A stretch of 64,000 nt of DNA from an uncultured Acidobacteriaceae bacterium. GTDB lineage: Bacteria > Acidobacteriota > Terriglobia > Terriglobales > Acidobacteriaceae. The translations under genes and the position numbers were made by a program. The stretch is from positions 601,975 to 665,974 of the forward strand of contig CAVSBF010000002.1 of the NCBI GenBank assembly GCA_963726155.1, written 5' to 3'. Positions 18,968-27,748 of this stretch are shown here, piece by piece; the stretch's first letter is position 1, and every line of letters starts with the position of its first letter. The notes below the pieces were generated by a model that did not search any database, was not told where the DNA came from, and worked only from the letters and a program-made list of their open reading frames with translations.

Positions 18968-19900
18968 ATGAGCGATCAGTTCAAAACAATCTATTACGCT
19001 CTCTGGATTGCGCAACCCGTTTTGGTAGCGGGTATCGCCGTGGCAATGTTCCGCCGGGGACAGTACCGGCATTTCAAATATTTTTTCGCCTACATCATCG
19101 CGCAGCTCGTTAGCTTCGGCATAATTTTTCCGATTCGGCACAACTACTCCGCTTTTTTCTATGCCAACTGGATCAGCACCGCGATCAGCGTAGGGCTCGG
19201 TTTCAAAGTGATTCATGAAGCCTTTCTCGATGCATTCCGGCCATTCCACACGCTGCGAGATCTGGGCACCGTGCTGTTCAAGTGGGCGGGACTGGTGATG
19301 CTGTTGGTGGCGGGGGTGGTGTCAGTCTCGACAAACTCTTCCGACACCGTTCCGTGGGTGCAGGCGATTCTGACTGCTGAGCGCTGCGTGCGTATTATTC
19401 AGGTTGGAATGGTGCTCTTTCTGTTGTTCTTTGCCCAATATTTGGGCGTCAGCCGACGCCAGCATAGCTTCGGCATCGCGCTGGGTTTTGGTTTCTTCGC
19501 CATGGTGGAACTATCTCTCGTGGCATCCTGGGTGGGGGAGCATGTGTCGCCAAGGTCCATGGAACTGATCAATATGGCGGCGTACAACTGCACGCTACTT
19601 ATTTGGCTGGGCTATGTGCTGGCGAAAGTTCCGGCGCGCGAAGCTCCGGCAACCCTGCTCAGGCCGCAGCGCTGGGAGCAAAGCCTCACGGATATCCACC
19701 ATCCGTTCCCGTCTGATTCGTTGATTCCTATGTTTGAAGGAATGGTGGATCGGGCGCTATCCCGAACTCAGGGCCCGCCCTCCACCACTACGCAGGAGGT
19801 TGCAACCAACCCAAAAGCTGCGGCCGCGCATGCCGGAGGTAGCCCGGCAAGTGGTCTCGCTTTCCCCGGGGTTCCGGGCAGCACGGCGCCAAGGAAATAG
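18968..19900 (+). CDS. hypothetical integral membrane protein (about 7 TM helices)
   Basis: Seven hydrophobic stretches by eye, with a Pro/Ala-rich soluble tail. No motif recognised. Confidence 0.6.
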   Translation: MSDQFKTIYYALWIAQPVLVAGIAVAMFRRGQYRHFKYFFAYIIAQLVSFGIIFPIRHNYSAFFYANWISTAISVGLGFKVIHEAFLDAFRPFHTLRDLGTVLFKWAGLVMLLVAGVVSVSTNSSDTVPWVQAILTAERCVRIIQVGMVLFLLFFAQYLGVSRRQHSFGIALGFGFFAMVELSLVASWVGEHVSPRSMELINMAAYNCTLLIWLGYVLAKVPAREAPATLLRPQRWEQSLTDIHHPFPSDSLIPMFEGMVDRALSRTQGPPSTTTQEVATNPKAAAAHAGGSPASGLAFPGVPGSTAPRK

Positions 19901-20227
19901 GTAGCATTGCATAGGCTCCTGCATTCATGATGGTTTTGATTTTATTGCATACCACCGCGTAATTCCGGATTTCGTAAACTACTCACCCGCCTAGTTCCTG
20001 GTCTCGAGAGGAAGTTGAGCCTTTCGACCTCCACGTTATGGTCTTTTGGTTAACCTACTGAGAAATTGTCTCTTAATTCGCTTCGGGGCAGAGCAAGCGA
20101 ATGTCTGGCGGTAACTACAGAGGTCAATCTAGGGGAATTTCCGTAGAAAGGCTTGACTTGTGCTTTATAATGCGTCACCGCGTCGAAGAAGAACTACTCG
20201 CAGGATTGACGCGGTAGGAGAAAACCC

Positions 20228-20398
20228 ATGAAACAAGCATTCAGGATCTCGATCCTGATGTGTGGAATAGTGGGCACCTATGTATCAGCTGCCGTTCCGC
20301 AGGTTCCCGCCCCGGACGGAGGCCCGATTCTAGTATGCCCACCTCAACAACAACTGCAGGGTAAATGTGCTCCTCAGTACCCACCGATGATGAGGTAG
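20228..20398 (+). CDS. small secreted Pro/Gln-rich peptide with two Cys (56 aa)
   Basis: Hand-translated as MKQAFRISILMCGIVGTYVSAAVPQVPAPDGGPILVCPPQQQLQGKCAPQYPPMMR. SD AGGAGA lies 6 nt upstream. It has a signal-peptide-like N-terminus and a strong terminator downstream. Confidence 0.5.
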   Translation: MKQAFRISILMCGIVGTYVSAAVPQVPAPDGGPILVCPPQQQLQGKCAPQYPPMMR

Positions 20399-20480
20399 TT
20401 AAACGCAGGAGAGCATTTGGCTGCAAGATCACTAAAGTAACCTCTGGTAACTTGGGCCGAACCTAGGGCTCGCAATTTTT

Positions 20481-20522
20481 GGGCTGACGGAAACTCATAC
20501 CAACCGTCAGCCCCGTTTTTTT
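20481..20522 (+). terminator. intrinsic terminator
   Basis: GGGCTGACGG-N13-CCGTCAGCCC (10-bp stem) followed by a run of 7 T. Confidence 0.8.
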
Positions 20523-20541
20523 GGTGTTCCAAACCGGTTTT

Positions 20542-22719
20542 CTAGGAAGGTTGTTGGTTAATCGCAGAATCCACCGCACGGCGCAACCCTGGTGCGTCCT
20601 GGATGGGTGGCTGGCAGGCAAATCCCGAACATACAACCGCGAAGGCCTTCGCGGACTTCAGCTCAGGAAGATGAGGGATGGTGGCGGCCAGTGCGGGAGG
20701 AAGATTTGCCGCGACAGCCTGATTCGCGGTCAGCCTGATAACGGTCTTATTGAAAGCGAAAGCCGTATTGGCAGCTGCGGCCAGAGCGTTCCCCGCACCG
20801 TCTGCTTTATTTTCGGAAATGACGATCACCTGCACTGGATTTTCCAGGAAACGCGCGACTGCGATGCCGTAGGTCGCAGCAAAAATTCCAAATTGGCCAA
20901 CGATTCCAGCGAAAGTCTCGAGCGTCTGCTCCGCCTTATCGCGATACGCGGCGTCGCCGGTGTAATCGTGCATTCGCAGCAAGGCGATGGCAGCCATGGG
21001 ATTGCCCGCGGGAGTCGGGGAATCCTGCAGCGGCTTGCGGCGCGTCGACAGGACTCCGTGGCCGTCGCTGGCTGGTTCGGAGTCAAAGAACCCTCCCGTA
21101 GTGGTGTCATAGAACTTGGTAATCATAGCGTCGACGACGGCGTGCCCGAATTTGAAGTAGCTCAGGTCGGCCGTTGCTTCATAGGCGTCGAGGCAGGCCA
21201 GCGCCGTTGCAGCGTAGTCCTCGAGCAGGCCTGCCACTTCGCGATGCGGAGCGTCCGGATCAGAGTATGCGACTACGTGCAAGAGGCGCGAGTCCGCGGG
21301 TGCACTGTCGACACCTTGGCGTGCTGGATGCTGCCAAGCTTTGGCTAGAATCCGGTCCAGGGATCGCAGGGCAAAACGGCGGGCGTCAGATAGATCGAGC
21401 ACCTTTGCCGCTTCCAGATAAGCCGATACGCACATGCTGTTCCATCCCACATAAACCGTCTTGTCCACATAAGGCGTTGGCCGCTGCAGGCGCGCGGCAT
21501 ACATTTTTTTCTTCGCAGAATCCAGCAGCTCCTGCACGCGCTCGCTGCTAAGGTTCATGCGCCGCGCAATCTCGTCGATCGGCGCGCGAACATAGAGCAC
21601 GTTCTTCGCTGGATTGTGATGCATCTCGCCGACTTCGTTGATGTCATAGTGCAGCGCTGCAACCTGGGCTTCTTCTTCGGTCAGGACGGCGCGGGTTTCT
21701 TCCAGCGTCCAGGTGAAGTAGTCGCCGTCGTCGTCCATGGAAATGTCGGCATCCTGCGAGGCATAGAAACCGCCGCGCTCACGATCGCTCAACCATTCGT
21801 CCATCCAGCGGATGATGTCTTTCGCTACGCTGGCAAAGAATTCCGAGCCGGTGGCTTGATAGGCGTGCACGTAGTTCTTCAGCAGTTCAGAATTGTCGTA
21901 GCACATCTTTTCAAAGTGCGGCACCACCCAGCGCTCGTCGACTGAGTAACGATGGAAGCCTCCGGCTAGCTGGTCATAAACGCCACCGTTGGCCATGTGT
22001 TCAAGAGTGGTGACAATTAAATTGCGGAGGTTCTCGTCTGCATGCCGCGCATAACGCTCGATCACCAAATCCAGCGCCGAAGGATGCGGAAACTTCGGCG
22101 CCTGCCCGAATCCACCGTGCTGCGGATCAAACATTTTGAACGCTGATTCCTGAATTGTGGCAATGATGCTTGCTGAAATGCGGCCGCTGCGGCCGGCAAA
22201 AGATTCGGCCTGCGCGATGGTGCTCTCGACCATCTTTGCCTGTTCCATGACATCGCCATTTTTTTCTTTGTATGCGTTGGCGATGCTGAGGAGCACGCGC
22301 CGGAAACTCGGACGCCCGTACCCATCGTTCGGGGGAAAATAAGTTCCGCCATAAAACGGCTTGCCATCGGGCGTGAGAAACGCAGTAAGCGGCCATCCAC
22401 CCTGCCCGCTGACCGCGCTGATCGCGGCCTGGTAGCGGCTGTCGATATCCGGACGCTCGTCACGATCCACCTTCACCGCGACGAAATGCCCGTTCACAAT
22501 AGCCGCTATTTCGGGATCGTCGTAAGACTCGCGATCCATCACATGGCACCAGTGGCACCACACTGCGCCAATGTCGAGCAGCATCGGCTTGTTCTCGCGT
22601 TTCGCGGCGGCGAATGCTTCATCTCCCCACTCGTGCCATTGGATTGGTTGATGCATCGCGGAGCGCAGATATGCGGAGGAGGCGCGGGCGAGGGAGTTGA
22701 GGGTGGTGGTGGTGGTCAT
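20542..22719 (-). CDS. thioredoxin-domain (DUF255) protein with six-hairpin glycosidase-like C-terminal domain (YyaL/SSP411-like)
   Basis: 725 aa. The N-terminus WHEWGDEAFAAAKRENKPMLLDIGAVWCHWCHVM is the DUF255 thioredoxin-like motif. Confidence 0.85.
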   Translation of the reverse strand: MTTTTTLNSLARASSAYLRSAMHQPIQWHEWGDEAFAAAKRENKPMLLDIGAVWCHWCHVMDRESYDDPEIAAIVNGHFVAVKVDRDERPDIDSRYQAAISAVSGQGGWPLTAFLTPDGKPFYGGTYFPPNDGYGRPSFRRVLLSIANAYKEKNGDVMEQAKMVESTIAQAESFAGRSGRISASIIATIQESAFKMFDPQHGGFGQAPKFPHPSALDLVIERYARHADENLRNLIVTTLEHMANGGVYDQLAGGFHRYSVDERWVVPHFEKMCYDNSELLKNYVHAYQATGSEFFASVAKDIIRWMDEWLSDRERGGFYASQDADISMDDDGDYFTWTLEETRAVLTEEEAQVAALHYDINEVGEMHHNPAKNVLYVRAPIDEIARRMNLSSERVQELLDSAKKKMYAARLQRPTPYVDKTVYVGWNSMCVSAYLEAAKVLDLSDARRFALRSLDRILAKAWQHPARQGVDSAPADSRLLHVVAYSDPDAPHREVAGLLEDYAATALACLDAYEATADLSYFKFGHAVVDAMITKFYDTTTGGFFDSEPASDGHGVLSTRRKPLQDSPTPAGNPMAAIALLRMHDYTGDAAYRDKAEQTLETFAGIVGQFGIFAATYGIAVARFLENPVQVIVISENKADGAGNALAAAANTAFAFNKTVIRLTANQAVAANLPPALAATIPHLPELKSAKAFAVVCSGFACQPPIQDAPGLRRAVDSAINQQPS

Positions 22720-22792
22720 GATGCAAGTCTAAATGTTTGCCGAATGTGCCGCACAAGAGAGAAGCCATACCGACGGCTGTGCGCCTCAATGC

Positions 22793-23116
22793 TTACCGTG
22801 CGCCAAGTGTATCCAGTCGCGTGATCGTATCCGGATATTTGCGAACCAGAAGGACGAGCGCGGCGGCCTGAGGGTTAGGTCTTGCACGCCCTTGCTCCCA
22901 TTTTTCGAGGGTTCTTTCGTTGATCCGCAGTTTACGGGCGAATACGGCTCGCGAGCAGCGCAGCTTTTTTCTCGTATCTCGAAGCATCTTCGAATCCACT
23001 TTGGGTAGAGGCATTACATCGATCTTGCAGCTGCGCAGGGTAAGCTTGCCTTCCCGGTGGTTCTTCATCGCCGCGACACCATCCATGAGTTCGCCGAAAA
23101 TATTTCTCTTCGCCAT
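22793..23116 (-). CDS. HTH (XRE-type) antitoxin, HigA/NadS-like
   Basis: LRCSRAVFARKLRINERTLEKWEQGRARPNPQAAALVLLV is a typical HTH_3-type antitoxin. It is encoded downstream of the toxin with a 1-nt overlap (TAATG). Confidence 0.7.
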   Translation of the reverse strand: MAKRNIFGELMDGVAAMKNHREGKLTLRSCKIDVMPLPKVDSKMLRDTRKKLRCSRAVFARKLRINERTLEKWEQGRARPNPQAAALVLLVRKYPDTITRLDTLGAR

Positions 23117-23505
23117 TATCGTAGCCTTTCCCGTATTCTAGCGTTGGCGTTCCGACGGACCGCGCGAGCCCCCAACTCATTCTCAATCGCGGCCATAAGC
23201 GCCTTCTTTTGCTTGCCAGTCAGGTCCGAAGCTTCGTCTTTATCGTAGAGCGTCATCAACCATATTTGACTATCGGAACTGAAATGGTAATAAATAACGC
23301 GGAGCCCACCTCTACGCCCCTTACCGCGCCGCGCATCCGGCCAGCGCAGTTTGCGAAAACCGCCCGTGCCGGGCATCAAATCCCCAAGTTCAGGTTTTGC
23401 TCCCAGCTTGGTCTGGAGTTCCTTGTAACCGTCGTCATTCAGATAGCTAGCCAGATAACGTGTGAATGTCGGCGCCTCAATAAACTCCATGTCAAAGTAC
23501 TCCAT
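23116..23505 (-). CDS. RelE/HigB-superfamily toxin
   Basis: GGFRKLRWPDARRGKGRRGGLRVIYYHFSSDSQIWLMTLYDKDEASDL is a recognisable HigB-2/RelE-like core. The ATG at 23505 follows GGAAGG. The longer ORF would start at 23550. Confidence 0.65.
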   Translation of the reverse strand: MEYFDMEFIEAPTFTRYLASYLNDDGYKELQTKLGAKPELGDLMPGTGGFRKLRWPDARRGKGRRGGLRVIYYHFSSDSQIWLMTLYDKDEASDLTGKQKKALMAAIENELGARAVRRNANARIRERLR

Positions 23506-23558
23506 TGGAGTACCTTCCAAGATCATACGCCGATAGCGTATAGCAGTCAAAGCGAAAT

Positions 23559-24572
23559 CTAAGGCCGGAGCAGCCGTTTCGCGATAGTGCAGTACAAATC
23601 GATCGCTTCCGCGAGTTGCTGCTTATCGATGAACTCGCCATCAGTATGCGCAACGTGAATCGATCCCGGACCGATCAGCAGGGGTTGGCCCCAATTCGTT
23701 AGTGCAGGAATATCTGTGGTGAATGCGGCAATCATCGTTGGCAGATTGTCGACGGTCCGCAAGCGCAGGAAAGGGATTTCGAGGGGAAAGTCAACTTTCA
23801 CCTGATCGCCGGCAGTCGCGAGAATTTGGCGCCGCAACTCCTGCGAGGGGCCGATGAGACGATAAAGCAAATCGGCATGCGCGTGATCTGGAATCACGTT
23901 GGGCGCGCGTCCGCCGTCGATCAATCCGATGTTTAGCGTACAAGGGCCGACCTGCGCGTCGGTCGGCAGCGGCATGGCCTGCAAGCGCGTCAGAGCTGCA
24001 ATCAGCTTGTCGATCGCGGATTCGCCAAGTTCGGGATAAGCGGAATGAGCCATGCGTCCGGAAGCCGTGACCTCCGCGCGCAGCGTTCCTTTCGAAGCCA
24101 GTGCGATGCGATTCTCGGTGGGCTCACCGTTGATCAGATACTTGCAGGCGTGCTCTGGCTGGCTTGCTGCATAGGCATTGGCGACCTTCGCTCCCAGGCT
24201 GTCTCGCTCTTCGCCTACCAGGAACAACAGGCCGACGTTAATTCCTTCTCTTCTTAAGCGCTCTGAAGCGGCGATCTGCGTCGCGATGATGCCTTTCGCA
24301 TCACACGAACCCCGGCCATAAATTCGGGCCGCATCTTCCGAAGACGGTATGAAGGGAGGAACCGTATCCATGTGCGTGGAGAAAACGATCTCGGGATTCG
24401 GCTGCTCCGGCGACGTGGCGTAGACATCAAAGCGGTCGCCTTCCACCGGAATTTTTCGTGTCTGGTAACCGATGCGGCAAAGTTCTCCGTAAAGATAATT
24501 TCCGACCGCGGCTTCATTGCCGGAGATGGATTCGATGTCGACGAGTTGGCGCGTGAGAGTGATTGCGTCCAT
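23559..24572 (-). CDS. M20-family metallopeptidase (ArgE/DapE-like deacylase)
   Basis: FSTHMDTVPP ... GRGSCDAKG ... LFLVGEE are the M20 metal-binding motifs. Confidence 0.8.
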   Translation of the reverse strand: MDAITLTRQLVDIESISGNEAAVGNYLYGELCRIGYQTRKIPVEGDRFDVYATSPEQPNPEIVFSTHMDTVPPFIPSSEDAARIYGRGSCDAKGIIATQIAASERLRREGINVGLLFLVGEERDSLGAKVANAYAASQPEHACKYLINGEPTENRIALASKGTLRAEVTASGRMAHSAYPELGESAIDKLIAALTRLQAMPLPTDAQVGPCTLNIGLIDGGRAPNVIPDHAHADLLYRLIGPSQELRRQILATAGDQVKVDFPLEIPFLRLRTVDNLPTMIAAFTTDIPALTNWGQPLLIGPGSIHVAHTDGEFIDKQQLAEAIDLYCTIAKRLLRP

Positions 24573-24639
24573 GCAAGAAAGAATAAACTAAGGGCCTCGC
24601 AGCGGCGGCTAGAAGCACGAATCATGTAATCTGAACTTT

Positions 24640-25327
24640 GTGATTGGACAGAATTCAACCATACGATCGCTCTTTCTCGACGGCCCCGCGGGACGGCTGG
24701 AGGCGCTGCTGAATGCAGGCGCCGAGAACGCGACGCACGCTGGCCGTGGTTTGTCATCCGCATCCGCTGTTTGGCGGCACGCTGCACAACAAAGTTGTAT
24801 TTCACACCATGAAGGCGCTGAATAGTTTTGGCTTTCCCGTGCTGCGCTTTAACTTTCGCGGCACTGGACTCAGCCATGGCGAGCACGACGAAGGCAAGGG
24901 GGAAGTGGAAGATGTGCGCACCGCTCTCGACTGGCTTGGTGCTGAGTATCATCTGCCTTTGATCTTTGCAGGATTCTCTTTCGGTGCCGCTGTTGGGCTG
25001 CGGGCGGCGTCGTCGGACGCTCGGGTGAAAGTATTGATTGGTGTGGGCGTTCCAGCGGCTCCGGTAGCTGGCGGCGCCGAACAGCCACGCGTGTATTCTT
25101 TTGATTTTCTGCGCGATTGCGTAAAGCCGAAATTGTTTGTGAGCGGGGCGCGGGATCAGTTCGGTCCGCGTGCGAAGTTGGAGGAATTAGTTGCATCGGT
25201 GCCAGAACCGAAGAAATTGGTTGTAATCGAAGGCGCAGATCATTTTTTTGAAGGAAGACTCCGCGAACTGCGCGAGGCAATTGAGGGCTGGGTGCAGGAA
25301 ACGATCGTGGAAGGGACGTCGACATAG
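24640..25327 (+). pseudogene. COG2945-type alpha/beta hydrolase interrupted by an apparent +1 frameshift
   Basis: The family N-terminus (FLDGPAGRLEALLNAGAENATHA) is in the frame starting at GTG 24640. The rest (AVVCHPHPLFGGTLHNKVV ... FAGFSFGA ...) is in the next frame. The span is 688 nt (3n+1). Confidence 0.6.
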
Positions 25328-25336
25328 TTCTTGCCC

Positions 25337-26674
25337 ATGTCCGATGCAATCAATCCAAGCCGGGATTCGGTGTTTCGAGAGATGCACGAGAGCGCGCGCC
25401 AGATTTTTCTCAAAGCGCTGGCCGAGGCTTCGATCGCCAAGGGATTTGCCCGGCACGTTCACTGCGAACGCGGGGTATTGCGCGTCCGAGAAGACCTTTA
25501 TGATCTGCACTCCTATTCGCGCGTAGCAGTGATTTCCATTGGCAAGGCCGGACACACGATGGTGGAAGCGCTGGCACAGCAAGTAGGTGAGTCCGCGCTG
25601 GAAGGGATTGTGGCGAGTTCGATCCAACCATCGGCGCAGGTACGCGGCTTTCGTTACTTTCGCGGCGCACATCCGATGCCGAATGCAGAATCGGTGCATG
25701 CTGCGAAGGCCATTCTAAAATTGCTGCAGGCCCAAACTGCGGCCTCACTGGTTATTTTTCTGCTGAGTGGTGGCGGATCGTCGCTGGTCGAGAGACCTAT
25801 CGATGACGAAATTTCGCTGGACGATTTGATCGCGACCTACCGGGTGCTGGTCCATTCTGGCGCACCCATTGCCGAGATGAACGCGATTCGTAAGCATCTT
25901 TCCGCGGTGAAAGGCGGACGCCTCGCGCAGGCGGCGTTTCCGGCGCAACAGGTTTCGCTGCTGGTTTCTGACGTTCCCGATAGCGCCCTCGATGCCCTGG
26001 CGTCTGGTCCAACAATGCCGGACTCAACCAGCGTGGAGGATTGCTACCGACTCGCAGAGAAGCACAGCTTCGTCGCGAAGCTTCCTCTATCCACTCGCGA
26101 GCTGTTTGAGCGCCGGGCGCTCGAAGAAACGCCAAAGTCCGACGATCCGGCATTTCACCATTCGCGTTGGTGGGCGCTGCTTTCGAACCAGACGGCTGTG
26201 GAGCAGGCGAGTGCGGCGGCCGAGCGCGCAGGTTTTACGGTCCATGTGGACAATTCATGTGACGACTGGGACTACACGCGTGCCGCCGAATATTTGTTAA
26301 AGCGGCTTCGCGAACTGAAAAGAGATTCGGAGCGCGTTTGCCTGATTTCCGGTGGAGAAGTAACGGTGAAGCTTACAAACGGCGGCGTTGGCGGACGTAA
26401 TCAGCAATTCGCGCTGGAATGTGCCGCGAAGATCGCCGGAGAGAGCATCACCGTGCTCAGCGCGGGAACGGATGGAATCGATGGGAACAGTCCAGCGGCT
26501 GGCGCAGTAGCGGATGGAAGCACGATAGAGCGCGCGAAGGCTAGAGGTCTGGATGCTACGGCAGCGCTGGAAAAATTCGACGCATATCCATTCTTTATAG
26601 CTCTGGGAGATGCGATTCAGACCGGGCCAACGGGGAATAACCTGCGGGATTTACGGATTCTGTTGTCGTATTAA
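25337..26674 (+). CDS. glycerate 2-kinase / hydroxypyruvate reductase family (DUF4147 + MOFRL)
   Basis: IGKAGHTMVEAL, LLSGGGSSLVE, ISGGEVTV ... GGVGGRNQQFAL and LSAGTDGIDG are typical of the TtuD/GckA family. Confidence 0.8.
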   Translation: MSDAINPSRDSVFREMHESARQIFLKALAEASIAKGFARHVHCERGVLRVREDLYDLHSYSRVAVISIGKAGHTMVEALAQQVGESALEGIVASSIQPSAQVRGFRYFRGAHPMPNAESVHAAKAILKLLQAQTAASLVIFLLSGGGSSLVERPIDDEISLDDLIATYRVLVHSGAPIAEMNAIRKHLSAVKGGRLAQAAFPAQQVSLLVSDVPDSALDALASGPTMPDSTSVEDCYRLAEKHSFVAKLPLSTRELFERRALEETPKSDDPAFHHSRWWALLSNQTAVEQASAAAERAGFTVHVDNSCDDWDYTRAAEYLLKRLRELKRDSERVCLISGGEVTVKLTNGGVGGRNQQFALECAAKIAGESITVLSAGTDGIDGNSPAAGAVADGSTIERAKARGLDATAALEKFDAYPFFIALGDAIQTGPTGNNLRDLRILLSY

Positions 26675-26678
26675 GAGA

Positions 26679-26721
26679 TCGGGCTTCGCCCGACGGACAG
26701 CCGAGGGCGGCTGTCCCCACA
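26679..26721. repeat. REP-like double-hairpin element, copy B (inverted relative to copy A)
   Basis: TCGGGC-TTC-GCCCGA, then GGACAGCC-GAGGGC-GGCTGTCC, then CCACA. The reverse complement aligns with 6589-6634. It sits between convergent genes. Confidence 0.6.
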
Positions 26722-26739
26722 CGATCGATTTTTTTGACT

Positions 26740-27621
26740 CTAGGCAGCTTCGCTTTTCACTTGCACTCCGGCCCACTTTTCCAACAAAGTGAGCGTCGCG
26801 GCGTAGTCGAGGTCTTGGTGACCATCTTCCGTGGCCATTTCGTATATCTCTTCCACAGTTTCGAGAGCGGGCAACTTTACGCGAGCTTCTTTGGCGGCTT
26901 CCAGAGTAAGAAGAATGTCCTTGTGCATAAGCCGCAGAGGAAAATTGGGAGTGAAGTCGCGCTGCAAGATAAACGGTCCCTTGTAATCGACAACGCCGGA
27001 GCGAACCATCGTGGCTTCAATCAAAGAGAGCAACTGCTTAGGATCGACGCCTAATTTGGTAGCAAGGGTGAGAGCCTCCGCGAAGCCCTCGAAGATCAAA
27101 GCGATTTGCAGGTTCATGGCCAGCTTGGTGGCTTGGCCTTTGCCAGTCTCACCCATGCGGAAAATTTTCTTGCCCATGGCGGCGAATAGAGGGCTAAGGC
27201 GATCGATGACGGCTGAGTCGCCACCGACCATGAAAATCAAAGTACCGTTGGCCGCTCCGATTTTCGATCCCGTCATCGGAGCGTCAACGTAGGCCACGCC
27301 CTTTTCCCGAACCTGTTCGGCAAACTTGACCGTGGCCGACGGAGAGATAGTGCTGGAGTCGACAATGATCATACCGTCCGCGAGCGACTGCTCCACTCCA
27401 TCTGTGCCGAACAACGTTTGTTTGACGGCGGTGGTATCGGAAACACAGAGCCACACAACTTCCGCACCCTGTGCGGCCGCTGCCGGCGTGGGGGCAATGC
27501 CAGCGCCTTCCACCAGTTTGCCGGGAGTGCGATTCCAAACGGTAACTTCATGGCCGGCCTTGACCAGATTCGTAGCCATGGCTTGCCCCATAATTCCCAG
27601 ACCCAAGAAGGCGACGCGCAT
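26740..27621 (-). CDS. NAD(P)-dependent 3-hydroxyisobutyrate / tartronate-semialdehyde reductase family oxidoreductase
   Basis: MRVAFLGLGIMGQAMATNLVKAGHEVTVWNRT is a Rossmann motif. 293 aa, typical of the GarR/MmsB family. Confidence 0.85.
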   Translation of the reverse strand: MRVAFLGLGIMGQAMATNLVKAGHEVTVWNRTPGKLVEGAGIAPTPAAAAQGAEVVWLCVSDTTAVKQTLFGTDGVEQSLADGMIIVDSSTISPSATVKFAEQVREKGVAYVDAPMTGSKIGAANGTLIFMVGGDSAVIDRLSPLFAAMGKKIFRMGETGKGQATKLAMNLQIALIFEGFAEALTLATKLGVDPKQLLSLIEATMVRSGVVDYKGPFILQRDFTPNFPLRLMHKDILLTLEAAKEARVKLPALETVEEIYEMATEDGHQDLDYAATLTLLEKWAGVQVKSEAA

Positions 27622-27691
27622 CTTTGAACTTCTCCTGATCGAATGAGAAACGCTAAGTGCTTTTGGATTAACGCTTCCAAATTAGAGCTTT

Positions 27692-27699
27692 CAAATTAG
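27692..27699. repeat. target-site duplication, left (CAAATTAG)
   Basis: Identical 8-mer at 32797-32804, immediately outside the two inverted repeats. Confidence 0.8.
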
Positions 27700-27725
27700 G
27701 GCAAATATATCCTTGACTCACATGT
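27700..27725. repeat. left terminal inverted repeat of the IS1595-family element
   Basis: GGCAAATATATCCTTGACTCACATGT compared with the reverse complement of 32771-32796, GGCAATTATATCCTTGCGACACATGT. Confidence 0.8.
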
Positions 27726-27741
27726 GACTTTAGGGTATATT
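27713..27741 (+). promoter_or_regulatory. sigma70-like promoter inside the left IR, predicting a leaderless transposase mRNA
   Basis: TTGACT (27713-27718), a 17-nt spacer, then TATATT (27736-27741). The transposase ATG at 27749 lies 8 nt after the -10 element and no SD is visible. Confidence 0.5.
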
Positions 27742-27748
27742 TTCATAC

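Noticed and set aside
20153-20171. TTGACT plus TATAAT as a canonical sigma70 promoter for the small peptide gene
   Set aside because: The two hexamers are only 7 nt apart, and no good -35 lies at 17-nt spacing. Only the -10 box is noted.
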